In this document: piece after piece, positions 45,185-53,090 of the stretch
How the letters are laid out: the number at the start of each line of letters is the position of its first letter
How positions within the stretch are numbered: the stretch's first letter is position 1
Virus record (IMG/VR): IMGVR_UViG_3300050121_000130
Location: 1-53,090 of that record
DNA from: a virus
Taxonomy: Duplodnaviria > Caudoviricetes
Direction: 5' to 3' (one strand)
DNA length: 53,090 nt
Program-made: the position numbers and the translations under genes
The notes under the pieces: model-generated
Database searches by the model: none
Seen by the model: only the letters and a program-made list of their open reading frames with translations
What the model was told of the DNA's origin: nothing

Positions 45185-46722
45185 AGCCTAATAGCAAATT
45201 TAGCCTATGGCGTGAAATAATAGTTGATAACTTCGCCGGTGGAGGGGGAGCAAGTACTGGAATTTCACTGGCAATTGGGCGATCAGTAGACGTGGCAATT
45301 AATCATGATCCAGCCGCAATTGCAATGCACAAGGCGAATCATCCCGACACTGAGCATTATACAGAATCGGTTTGGGATATTGACCCGCTAATTGTAACGG
45401 GTGGCCGTCCGGTAGCACTCTGTTGGTTTAGCCCAGATTGTAAGCATTTTTCTAAGGCCAAAGGTGGCAAACCAGTCGAAAAACATATTCGGGGGCTTGC
45501 ATGGATTGTTTTAAAGTGGGCCGCAAAAGTCCATCCAAGAGTAATAATGCTTGAAAACGTCGAGGAATTTAAAACGTGGGGGCCGTTACGAAAAGGTAAA
45601 CCGATAAAAAAGCTATCTGGGAAGACCTTTGCAAAATGGGAAAGCCAATTGCGGGCGTTAGGTTACAAGATTGAACATCGAGAACTAAGAGCTTGCGATT
45701 ATGGAGCCCCGACAATTCGCAAAAGATTTTTTCTAATTGCGAGGTGTGATGGCAAACCTATCGCGTGGCCGAAACCGACACACGGAGATCCAAACAGTCT
45801 AGAAGTAAAATCCGGTCGGCTGAAGCCTTGGAGAACGGCTGCTGAAATAATTAATTGGTCCCTACCTTGCCCATCTATATTTGAGCGGAAAAGGCCACTT
45901 GCTGAAAACACCATGCGGCGGATAGCCCGAGGGATTCAGAAATTCGTAATTGATTGCCCTGACCCTTTTGTGATCAAGGTAAATCATCACGGAGCAGATT
46001 TTCGAGGACAGAGTATAAAAGACCCGCTTCAAACCATTACGGCAAAGAACGGCTGGGGAATTGTGGCACCTACGCTAATTCAGTACCACGGCGAACAATC
46101 CGGCAGTGAAGTAAGAGGACAAGCCTTGAAAAATCCATTGATGGTAGTTGATTCATCACCAAGGTATGCGCTGGTGAGTAGTTTTCTGGCAAAGCATTAC
46201 GGCGGTGGCTATACAGGAGCAGGAGCAGATTTAAATGATCCGGTACCAACAGTAACAGCCGTGGATCATAATGCACTGGTTACAAGCCATCTAGTGAAAA
46301 TGAAGGGAACAAATATAGGTCAGCCAGTTACAGATCCCATACAGACTATAACGGCAGGGGGATTGCATTTTGGGGAAGTCAGGGCCTTCTTGATTAAATA
46401 TTACGGCACAGGAGAAGGTCAGTCAGTAAAAGATCCACTGCATACGGTACCAACAAAAGATCGATTCGGACTAGTTACGGTTCATGGGCAAGATTATCAG
46501 ATCGTTGATATCGGCATGAGGATGCTTGAACCAAGAGAATTATTCAATGCCCAAGGGTTTCCACCTGATTACATTATTGATATGGATTGCAATGGGAAAA
46601 AATATTCGAAGTCGGCACAGGTGGCAAGGTGCGGAAATGCAGTACCGCCGCCATTTGCAGAAGCATTAGTTCGGGAGAACCTGCCGGAGCTTTGTGAAAA
46701 CAAATACGCCAAACAAGCATAA
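45181..46722 (+). CDS. dcm: DNA cytosine-5 methyltransferase
   Basis: FAGGGG, SPDC, ENVEEF, RKRFF, QGFP, GNAVPP. Confidence 0.95.
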   Translation: MKPNSKFSLWREIIVDNFAGGGGASTGISLAIGRSVDVAINHDPAAIAMHKANHPDTEHYTESVWDIDPLIVTGGRPVALCWFSPDCKHFSKAKGGKPVEKHIRGLAWIVLKWAAKVHPRVIMLENVEEFKTWGPLRKGKPIKKLSGKTFAKWESQLRALGYKIEHRELRACDYGAPTIRKRFFLIARCDGKPIAWPKPTHGDPNSLEVKSGRLKPWRTAAEIINWSLPCPSIFERKRPLAENTMRRIARGIQKFVIDCPDPFVIKVNHHGADFRGQSIKDPLQTITAKNGWGIVAPTLIQYHGEQSGSEVRGQALKNPLMVVDSSPRYALVSSFLAKHYGGGYTGAGADLNDPVPTVTAVDHNALVTSHLVKMKGTNIGQPVTDPIQTITAGGLHFGEVRAFLIKYYGTGEGQSVKDPLHTVPTKDRFGLVTVHGQDYQIVDIGMRMLEPRELFNAQGFPPDYIIDMDCNGKKYSKSAQVARCGNAVPPPFAEALVRENLPELCENKYAKQA

Positions 46723-46971
46723 GTAAAGAATATTCGGTTAATTTACCTGCTTTTATTGAAGCGTACAAACACCCAGGGAGTAAGTAAATAAATAAAAGAT
46801 AAAAGGGAAGGAGACAAGAACCATGGAAGATTTAACTCTTGAAAAAGCTATAGAGGAGCAAACACATGCCGAGCAATCAGCGGTAACGGAAGTAAGCCGT
46901 AATAAGTATGGTCAATTAAGATATTGGTTAGAGGAACTAAAGGAACGTCGAGATCAAGATGGTGTGGGAGC

Positions 46972-47361
46972 ATGAGAGAAATAAAGTTCCGAGCTTATGA
47001 TACAGTAAGCGAACAATTATTACCTGTAGAAGCAATAGATTTTCGCCAAGATTGTATATTACTTAACGAAGGAGATAACAGTCTTTCGGACACTTTTGAA
47101 ATGTTTGAATTAATGCAGTATACCGGATTAAAAGACAAAAACGGCGTGGATATTTACGAAGGGGATAATACAAGACGCTGGTTGAAAATAAGAAACAAAT
47201 GGGAAGAAGTACAACCCGGTGTAATTAAATGGATTCAATGCGTTTCAGCGTTTAAGTGCGTAGATAAAGACGGATTACTACACTGTTTTGACAACGGTCA
47301 TCTATATGAAGTCGTCGGCAACATTCACGACAATCCCGATCTGCTGGAGGCACAACCATGA
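46972..47361 (+). CDS. yopX: YopX family protein
   Basis: MREIKFRAYD...LMQYTGLKDKNGVDIYEGD...EVVGNIHDNPDLL. Confidence 0.92.
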   Translation: MREIKFRAYDTVSEQLLPVEAIDFRQDCILLNEGDNSLSDTFEMFELMQYTGLKDKNGVDIYEGDNTRRWLKIRNKWEEVQPGVIKWIQCVSAFKCVDKDGLLHCFDNGHLYEVVGNIHDNPDLLEAQP

Positions 47362-47515
47362 CCCTTGAATTATGTTGCTACTGCGGCAATCCAACCGGAA
47401 ATGCTGGCAAAGACGATGACTCGCTATACTGTGAGGTTTGCGGTGAAGGGCCGTTTTGCGATAGATGTTATGAGCGACATATGAATTTTGAAGGTAGAGA
47501 GAGGGGGCTGATGGT

Positions 47516-47845
47516 ATGACACCAGCAGAGTTAAACGAAATTAAAAAAAGGTTACAAATCAATCGCATTATATTAAAAGACCAAGTTTATGTAAAAGATG
47601 TCACAGACCTATTGGCACACATCAGCGAACTGTCAGAGAAAATTGGACAGTTGGAAGCTATACAAAAAGACGTATTATCTGAAGCCGTATCAACGATTTA
47701 CTTTAACGACAACTCCGATTATTTACGTGTTCTGTGGACTATTGCCAGAAAAATAAGTCCACAAGCAGCAAAATTGCTTGAACGTGATGAAAGTGCAGCT
47801 ATTGAAAAATATACGGATCTTATCATTAAGGAGGAACCTGATTAA
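47516..47845 (+). CDS. Hypothetical phage protein
   Basis: MTPAELNEIKKR; RBS upstream. Confidence 0.7.
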   Translation: MTPAELNEIKKRLQINRIILKDQVYVKDVTDLLAHISELSEKIGQLEAIQKDVLSEAVSTIYFNDNSDYLRVLWTIARKISPQAAKLLERDESAAIEKYTDLIIKEEPD

Positions 47846-47861
47846 TGCCAAAACATTTTAA

Positions 47862-47910
47862 CATCGTTTAGCAAGAAGCCCCCACCTCTTAGGTGGTGGG
47901 AGTATGTCAC
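47862..47910 (+). mobile_element. 49-bp miniature IS200/IS605-derived element
   Basis: After TTTAA: CATCGT...GAAG-hairpin(CCCCCACCT/AGGTGGTGGG)-AGTATGTCAC; GAAG/TCAC fits the IS608-type guide/cleavage rule. Confidence 0.7.
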
Positions 47911-47976
47911 CGGCCATCATTGGGATTTTGAAAGAGCGATTAAAACACCAATTAAAAAGGTAAGGTGAGTTATCAT

Positions 47977-48417
47977 ATGAAAAGCAGCGTACTTGACCGG
48001 ATATGGAGTGGTGAATTGAAAGTATATACAGCTATTCCGAGAGTCGGATATTGTCCTACGGCAACAGATGATTTATCTGAGCTCCTGCACCTAGCTACCA
48101 TAGGCGAACTGATGCGGTGGGTGCCTGTTACACCAGAGACAATGCCAGAAATACAGAAAAATCGTTATTGTGAACCAACTATTGTTCTTGCGACTGATGG
48201 AAAAATAGTTGCTAGAGCTGCGTATGTACCGAAATTCACGATCAACTGTGAAGATCAAGATTATGACGGTGATCAAGATTACAATGAAATAGAAGACAAA
48301 TATTATTGGCCTGAAGGTTGGTATGAGTGGAACGATTGTGAAGAAACACATTGGATGATAAATGCAAAGATTACCCATTGGATGCCACTACCAGAACCAC
48401 CGAAGGAGGAAAGTTAA
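47977..48417 (+). CDS. DUF551 domain protein
   Basis: WVPVTPETMPE...ITHWMPLPEPP. Confidence 0.85.
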   Translation: MKSSVLDRIWSGELKVYTAIPRVGYCPTATDDLSELLHLATIGELMRWVPVTPETMPEIQKNRYCEPTIVLATDGKIVARAAYVPKFTINCEDQDYDGDQDYNEIEDKYYWPEGWYEWNDCEETHWMINAKITHWMPLPEPPKEES

Positions 48418-48604
48418 ATGGAAAACGCTGTAATGTGGTTTATTATGTTCGTTATATCTTTCATTATTTTATCATCGTCGGCGAGAATACTCCCTGCTCA
48501 AATTGTCGCAACAATTAGCTGGGGGATGAATCGCCGCCTTTCAAGTATTCTGTAATTAACTTTTCGAGAATCTTACTAACGTCTGTTTTTTCAATAATTG
48601 CTTG

Positions 48605-48706
48605 AATCTGAGGGAGTGGGAATGTCCAAATTGCCATACTGTGCATGATCGAGATATGAACGCGGCAACAAATATACTTGCCGAAGGACTTAGACTTTTG
48701 GCTTAA
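48605..48706 (+). pseudogene. tnpB: TnpB C-terminal remnant
   Basis: [33 protein letters not shown] is the TnpB Zn-ribbon/RuvC-III signature. Confidence 0.9.
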
Positions 48707-48809
48707 ATGCCAATGAACCATAGGAACTATGGGGATAGCTTGGTTAAACTTCGGCACTAGTCGTGGTGTTCCCAAGAATCTCCCACCTCTTTAGGTGGGG
48801 GTAGTTCAA
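48707..48809 (+). ncRNA. omegaRNA (reRNA) scaffold region
   Basis: ACCATAGGAACTATGGGGATAGC...CAAGAATCTCCCACC...TTCAA between the tnpB stop and the right end; true 5' boundary unknown. Confidence 0.7.
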
Positions 48810-49064
48810 TACACCGGAATTATTGACACATTAAAAGCCGACCTCCTACACCAAACCTCCCGCGCAGACGGTGCCACGATAGCGATGCAAGAATTACAGG
48901 CAGAAAATGACGGGCTGAAGCCTTGGGCTGAGCTTTGGAAGTTAATAATAAAAGCTTGTGAAGAAAGATTTAATAAAGAGAATAAGTGCTGGAATTTAGA
49001 TTCTTTAAATGAGATATACAAATTATTTTGCCAACTTCGCAAGGAATTGGAGGGTGCTGAATGA
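48795..49064 (+). CDS. Coiled-coil phage protein, 3' part of a gene probably interrupted by the IS relic
   Basis: Annotated start lies inside the IS right end; orphan AGGAGG+ATG at 48418 upstream of the element. Confidence 0.5.
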   Translation: MGVVQYTGIIDTLKADLLHQTSRADGATIAMQELQAENDGLKPWAELWKLIIKACEERFNKENKCWNLDSLNEIYKLFCQLRKELEGAE

Positions 49065-49321
49065 CAAAATTAGAAAAATTTGGCCAAGTATGCGTATGCC
49101 AAGACTGCAAAGATGAACATACGTTGGCTATAGCTAAATATGGAAAAGAGTTGCTGGATAATGTTAAATTACAACAAGAAAATGCCGCTCTTCGCCAGCA
49201 GATTGAGAATATGAAGAACTGCGATAACTGCCAATTTGGCGATTGCGATGAAGATGGCATTTATTGCACTAAAGATAAAATTGGATTTGAGTGTAATTGG
49301 CAAATGAAAGGGGCTGAGTAA
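49061..49321 (+). CDS. Hypothetical Cys-rich protein
   Basis: LQQENAALRQQIENMKNCDNC. Confidence 0.7.
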   Translation: MTKLEKFGQVCVCQDCKDEHTLAIAKYGKELLDNVKLQQENAALRQQIENMKNCDNCQFGDCDEDGIYCTKDKIGFECNWQMKGAE

Positions 49322-49324
49322 GCG

Positions 49325-50086
49325 GTGAGTTTTGCAGAACAGTTAAAAACGTTAAATGATGCAGTCCTTTATAGAAGTTTACAATTGGAAAATAATTATG
49401 AAGCCGTTGTTAAAAAAAGAGACTTATCTGATTTAATTTTTCATTTTAATAGAATTGATTCAGAACTGCGGGGATACCACGATAGAGAAGTCGACCTTCG
49501 CGCCAAGTGCGACAAATACAAATTAAAGCTGGAAGCAGAACAGCAAGAATCGCTTGAGGGGTATGCGGATTATCAAGCCAATCTGGAAGCGGCAGAACTA
49601 AAAATAACCGGATTGATGGAAATAATAGATAGTCAGAAACAAACTAACTTAGCACTTGTGGGGAAAGTGGAAGCGGTAAAAGCAGAACGTAATAATTTCC
49701 AGAATAACGGAATTGAAGTGGCTAAACAATTAATTAATGAACGAGACGAAGCCCAGCGACAGGTTGAAAAAGAAATATCAGATTCATCTTTTGCTATCAC
49801 AAGACTATCCTCAACATGTGTGCAATTACAGGCGCAGGTTGCCATGCTTAGAGGGGCGCTAATAGGCTTAATGGATGTTATTGAAGCACATCAATGGGAG
49901 TGCTGGCAATATGAATTAGCTGGTCAAACTCTGTCGTCCACACCATCCCAGCAAGCAGAACGGGTGCAGGGACTTGTGGAGGCGCTAGAAGAGGTATTAA
50001 AAAGCGACATAACTTCTCATGGTGGTAGGCTAGAAACACTAATGAAACAAGCCCTTGCCAAGTATCGGGGTGAGGTGGGGGAATGA
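49325..50086 (+). CDS. Coiled-coil phage protein
   Basis: Heptad-rich ORF in a coupled operon. Confidence 0.7.
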   Translation: MSFAEQLKTLNDAVLYRSLQLENNYEAVVKKRDLSDLIFHFNRIDSELRGYHDREVDLRAKCDKYKLKLEAEQQESLEGYADYQANLEAAELKITGLMEIIDSQKQTNLALVGKVEAVKAERNNFQNNGIEVAKQLINERDEAQRQVEKEISDSSFAITRLSSTCVQLQAQVAMLRGALIGLMDVIEAHQWECWQYELAGQTLSSTPSQQAERVQGLVEALEEVLKSDITSHGGRLETLMKQALAKYRGEVGE

Positions 50087-50403
50087 AAGAGGCAAATTAT
50101 GCTCCCGTTTACTGTGCCTTATATCCAGAATTAGCTGAAGTAGCTCGCAGTCATGGATACGCTTTAGCTGTTCATGGTTCTGTAGCAAGGGATTTTGATG
50201 TAATTTGTATACCATGGACAGAAAAACCCAGCGATCCTAATAAAGTGGTTGAGGAAATTATCTCCAAATTTGACCTTTGGAATGCCGACAAAGAAAATCC
50301 CTGCCGGAAACAACACGGACGGCTTGCATGGACACTAACTATAGGGCATGGCTGTTGTATGATTGATCTTTCGTTTATGCCTCGACTGGAGGACAAGCTG
50401 TGA
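50083..50403 (+). CDS. Conserved phage protein (nucleotidyltransferase-like motif)
   Basis: GYALAVHGSVARDFDVICIPW resembles the GS-DxD motif. Confidence 0.65.
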   Translation: MKEANYAPVYCALYPELAEVARSHGYALAVHGSVARDFDVICIPWTEKPSDPNKVVEEIISKFDLWNADKENPCRKQHGRLAWTLTIGHGCCMIDLSFMPRLEDKL

Positions 50404-50816
50404 GAATATCAAAACAGGATTATTATCTTAAGGTAGCAGCTGCTGTATCCCAAAGATCAACTTGTTTGCGTCGTCAGTATGGGGCAATCATTGTTAAAAA
50501 CGACGAAATTATTAGCACCGGCTATAACGGAGCAAGTCGCGGTAATCCAAACTGCTATGATGTTGGCAGCTGTTTTAGAGAAGCAAACAAAATTCCGCAC
50601 GGTGAGCAATACGAAAAATGTGTTGCTGTTCACGCCGAACAAAATGCCATTATATCAGCATCGCGGCAGAATATGATTGGGTCTACATTGTATTTAGTTG
50701 GATTCGAAAACAACGTTGAATTGATTAGTCCTATGCCTTGTTTAATTTGCGGCAGAATGATTATCAATGCCGGTATTACATCTGTAGTTGTAAGGAGTGA
50801 GTTGATTGGTAATTAA
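50400..50816 (+). CDS. dCMP deaminase (ComEB-like)
   Basis: RSTCLRRQYGA, TGYNG, HAEQNA, PCLIC. Confidence 0.93.
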   Translation: MRISKQDYYLKVAAAVSQRSTCLRRQYGAIIVKNDEIISTGYNGASRGNPNCYDVGSCFREANKIPHGEQYEKCVAVHAEQNAIISASRQNMIGSTLYLVGFENNVELISPMPCLICGRMIINAGITSVVVRSELIGN

Positions 50817-51222
50817 AGACAGCGGCAACCGAACTGAATTCAGTACCGGAGCAGTAAGAGATATACACCAGGGCAAAGGCCGGTATGATTTGATGCCTTG
50901 GGATGCAATTCACGAACTCGCTATTCATTGCGAACAGGGCGCGAAAAAATATGAGGAGCGCAACTGTGAAAAAGGAATTCCATTACACAGTTTGATTGAT
51001 TCAGCTATACGGCATTTATCTTGCTATCTCAGAGGAATGAAAGACGAGCCACATCTCAGGGCTGCTTTTTGGAACATTGCTTATGCGTTATATATGGAAA
51101 AAAATCATCCCGAAATGCAAGATATCCCGGTGCGGTGGTCATGCGAAACTTGCGCAAAAGAATTGTGTAACGACAGGGCAGTTAAAACGACATGTGACAA
51201 ATGGCGAGCAAAAGGGAAGTGA
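50806..51222 (+). CDS. dATP/dGTP diphosphohydrolase (DUF5664-like)
   Basis: FSTGAVRD..GKGRYDL.P..GAKKY..RN.EKGIP..DSAIRHL..DEPHL.AA.WN. Confidence 0.85.
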   Translation: MVIKDSGNRTEFSTGAVRDIHQGKGRYDLMPWDAIHELAIHCEQGAKKYEERNCEKGIPLHSLIDSAIRHLSCYLRGMKDEPHLRAAFWNIAYALYMEKNHPEMQDIPVRWSCETCAKELCNDRAVKTTCDKWRAKGK

Positions 51223-53090
51223 TCCCGATTAACATATTAGAATTCCTTCAACTCATGTACGGCGACTGCGAAGATTATTTCATAACTTTATGGGCTAAAA
51301 AAATGCCAACTAAGTGGTTATCAATCAACGATCTTAATGCCATTGCCGAAACCGCAAAATCAATTAAAAATGATGTGTATTTTGGGGTTGGCCTATCTAA
51401 AAATAAAAAATCAGAGGGGAGAATGTCCGTCGACGATATCGACGGCGTTCCATCCATCTGGCTTGATTTGGACCTAAAAGACGATACACATCCTAATAAT
51501 CCTGAGACGGTTGATGTGTTGATGGCTTATGTCGAGAGCTTGCCCCTGCAGCCTAGCGTTATCGTATTCAGCGGCCACGGAATTCATTGCCATTGGATTT
51601 TCAGAGAGTTCTTAACCATTGAATCACCCGATGAACGCATGCAGGTTAAATCATTGTTTAAAGGCTGGCAGAGTTTTATTCGCAAAGGTGCGGCAATAAT
51701 CGGTTGGAAAGTCGACAGCACTTTTGATTTAAGCCGAGTGTTGAGACTACCTGAAACAACAAATTCAAAATACCCCAATGAACCAATTGAAGTTACTGTA
51801 ATATCTCATAACGACAACAGGTTTAATCCTTCTGATTTTGATTGCTATATTTCTGAAGAACCAGAAAAACAGCCAAAAAAACGCGAAAAGTTTAAACGGT
51901 TACCTAGTGATGGTCCTGCAAAGCTGGTAATTGACAATTGTATATTTATACAGAAATGTGTTAAGTCAGCAAAAACACTTACTGAACCGAATTGGCTGGC
52001 AATGATCAGTAATATTGCTCGCTGCTCGGATGGACCAGAAATGTGTCATGAGTTGTCAAAGCCATACGATGGTTACTCTTACGAGGAAACCGAGGATAAA
52101 ATAGCGCATGTTTTAAACGATATGCATGGACCTCAGACTTGCAAATACATTCAAGACGGCTTGGGATTCTCAGAGTGTCCGAGTGATTGCGGAGTTAAAT
52201 CACCTTGTTCGTTCGCACTTACTAAAAAATCAGCAGATCCAATTCCAGCGGATTTTTGGGAGACGGAAATTATTGAACCGCCGAAAATCAAAGTATTTAC
52301 AGACCTTGGAAATGCTGAATATTTTGCTAAAGTTTATGAGAAAAAAATTAAATATTGCATTGAAATGGAAAAATGGTTGATTTGGTATGATGGAAGATGG
52401 AATATTGATTACTCCAATAACATTGTTTTTCTTGCTGGTAAATGCGTCCGTGGCATGTGTAATCAATTAGCTGATATGGCTGATGATGATGCGAAGAAAA
52501 AATTATTCAAGCACAGTTTGAAATCTGAAGATGCAAGCAGGCTAAAAGCATTTATTTCGATTGCTAAAAGTTATCTTCCTGTATCGATTAAAGAATTAGA
52601 TCAAGATTCATGGCTCATAAATTGTCAAAATGGAATTATTGACTTAAAGACAGGTGAATTATTACCGCATGATCCCAGCAAAAATATGATGCGTATGATT
52701 AAAGCCAGTTATGATTCACAGGCTAAATGTCCATTGTTCGAAAAATTCATCAATGATATTTTTGATGGCAATAAAAATGTAATTCAATTCATGCAACGAT
52801 TTTTGGGTTATTGTCTTACTGGCGACACGCGAGAACAACAGTTTATAATTGCTCACGGCAGCGGTAGGAATGGAAAAGGCACCCTGTTGAACTTAATACT
52901 TTATATCCTGGATGACTACACAAAATCAATCCCCAGTGAAGTGCTTTATGTCAGGAAAAATGAAAAGCCCAGTAATGAGATAGCGCGTCTCGCCGGTGCC
53001 AGGTTCGTACTCGCCAGCGAAGGCGAAAAAGGCAAGAGATTAGACGAACCACTTGTAAAAAAGTTGACAGGTCAGGATTTACTCTCGGCT
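51219..53090 (+). CDS. Primase-helicase N-terminal part (AEP/RepB-type primase, PriCT-like, D5_N, SF3 ATPase); about 812 aa in the circular genome
   Basis: WLDLDLKD, SGHGIHCHW, DLSRVLRLPETTNSK, EPNW, TDLGNAE, INCQNGIIDL, GSGRNGKGT; missed by the ORF track because no stop lies in the window. Confidence 0.92.
   Translation, partial: MIPINILEFLQLMYGDCEDYFITLWAKKMPTKWLSINDLNAIAETAKSIKNDVYFGVGLSKNKKSEGRMSVDDIDGVPSIWLDLDLKDDTHPNNPETVDVLMAYVESLPLQPSVIVFSGHGIHCHWIFREFLTIESPDERMQVKSLFKGWQSFIRKGAAIIGWKVDSTFDLSRVLRLPETTNSKYPNEPIEVTVISHNDNRFNPSDFDCYISEEPEKQPKKREKFKRLPSDGPAKLVIDNCIFIQKCVKSAKTLTEPNWLAMISNIARCSDGPEMCHELSKPYDGYSYEETEDKIAHVLNDMHGPQTCKYIQDGLGFSECPSDCGVKSPCSFALTKKSADPIPADFWETEIIEPPKIKVFTDLGNAEYFAKVYEKKIKYCIEMEKWLIWYDGRWNIDYSNNIVFLAGKCVRGMCNQLADMADDDAKKKLFKHSLKSEDASRLKAFISIAKSYLPVSIKELDQDSWLINCQNGIIDLKTGELLPHDPSKNMMRMIKASYDSQAKCPLFEKFINDIFDGNKNVIQFMQRFLGYCLTGDTREQQFIIAHGSGRNGKGTLLNLILYILDDYTKSIPSEVLYVRKNEKPSNEIARLAGARFVLASEGEKGKRLDEPLVKKLTGQDLLSA
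52938..53063. repeat. Terminal direct repeat (circular overlap), right copy
   Basis: Identical to 1-126. Confidence 0.97.

Larger units (their letters stand above)
48473..48809 (+). mobile_element. Internally deleted IS200/IS605 element (left end, RHH gene tail, tnpB tail, omegaRNA/right end)
   Basis: After TTTAT; left hairpin 48490-48526; right end GAAT-CTCCCACCT/AGGTGGGGG-TAGTTCAA. Confidence 0.85.

Noticed and set aside
45960-46470. Repeats (DPLQTITA, DPVPTVTA, DPIQTITA, DPLHTVPT) in dcm as an intein or novel array
   Set aside because: No intein motifs; such variable-region repeats are typical of this phage MTase type
47119-47135. Internal target (TATACCGGATTA) for the omegaRNA guide
   Set aside because: Seed mismatch, a gap and no TTTAT TAM
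48515-48775. 86-aa minus-strand ORF as a real gene
   Set aside because: Chimera of antisense omegaRNA/tnpB sequence and the tail of an RHH gene, created by the IS internal deletion
50806-51222. Z-genome (2-aminoadenine) pathway
   Set aside because: DUF5664-like gene present but no PurZ or dedicated polymerase
876-52466. Most minus-strand and nested ORFs in the track (e.g. 876-1205, 8506-8955, 25524-25916, 36446-36898, 52126-52380)
   Set aside because: Shadow ORFs overlapping well-supported genes, without RBS or motifs

Overview
The window is an essentially complete, circularly permuted genome of a temperate siphovirus-type phage. The unit length is about 52,937 bp: bases 1-126 recur exactly at 52938-53063, inside the primase-helicase gene. 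attP is intact (3' half of tRNA-Val(GAC) beside a tyrosine integrase), so this is the excised or replicating form. Gene order: primase C-terminus and putative ori; late control region with a tRNA-like RNA; lambda-like cos and terminase; portal; protease-capsid fusion; head accessory genes; tail with a -1 frameshift chaperone, tape measure and non-canonical tip; a membrane-protein-rich lysis region; an accessory island; attP/int; cI/cro/xis switch; recombination and replication genes; three DNA methyltransferases; radical SAM; two IS200/IS605 relics; dCMP deaminase; dNTP diphosphohydrolase; primase. The host is inferred, not shown, to be a spore-forming diderm Firmicute (Negativicutes-like). 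Most notable: (1) a 26.8-28.5 kb island combining a self-contained CRISPR-repeat-like small RNA, a strong promoter, a type-P5 twister ribozyme, a very acidic small protein and an RHH-like regulator (candidate anti-defence module); (2) a TM + coiled-coil + C-terminal beta-anchor protein that may be a new one-component spanin; (3) a 337-bp TnpB-less IS605 derivative retaining its omegaRNA region plus a 49-bp mini element; (4) two antisense morons with near-identical sigmaH-type promoters. All protein calls are by eye from motifs and synteny; no database searches were run.
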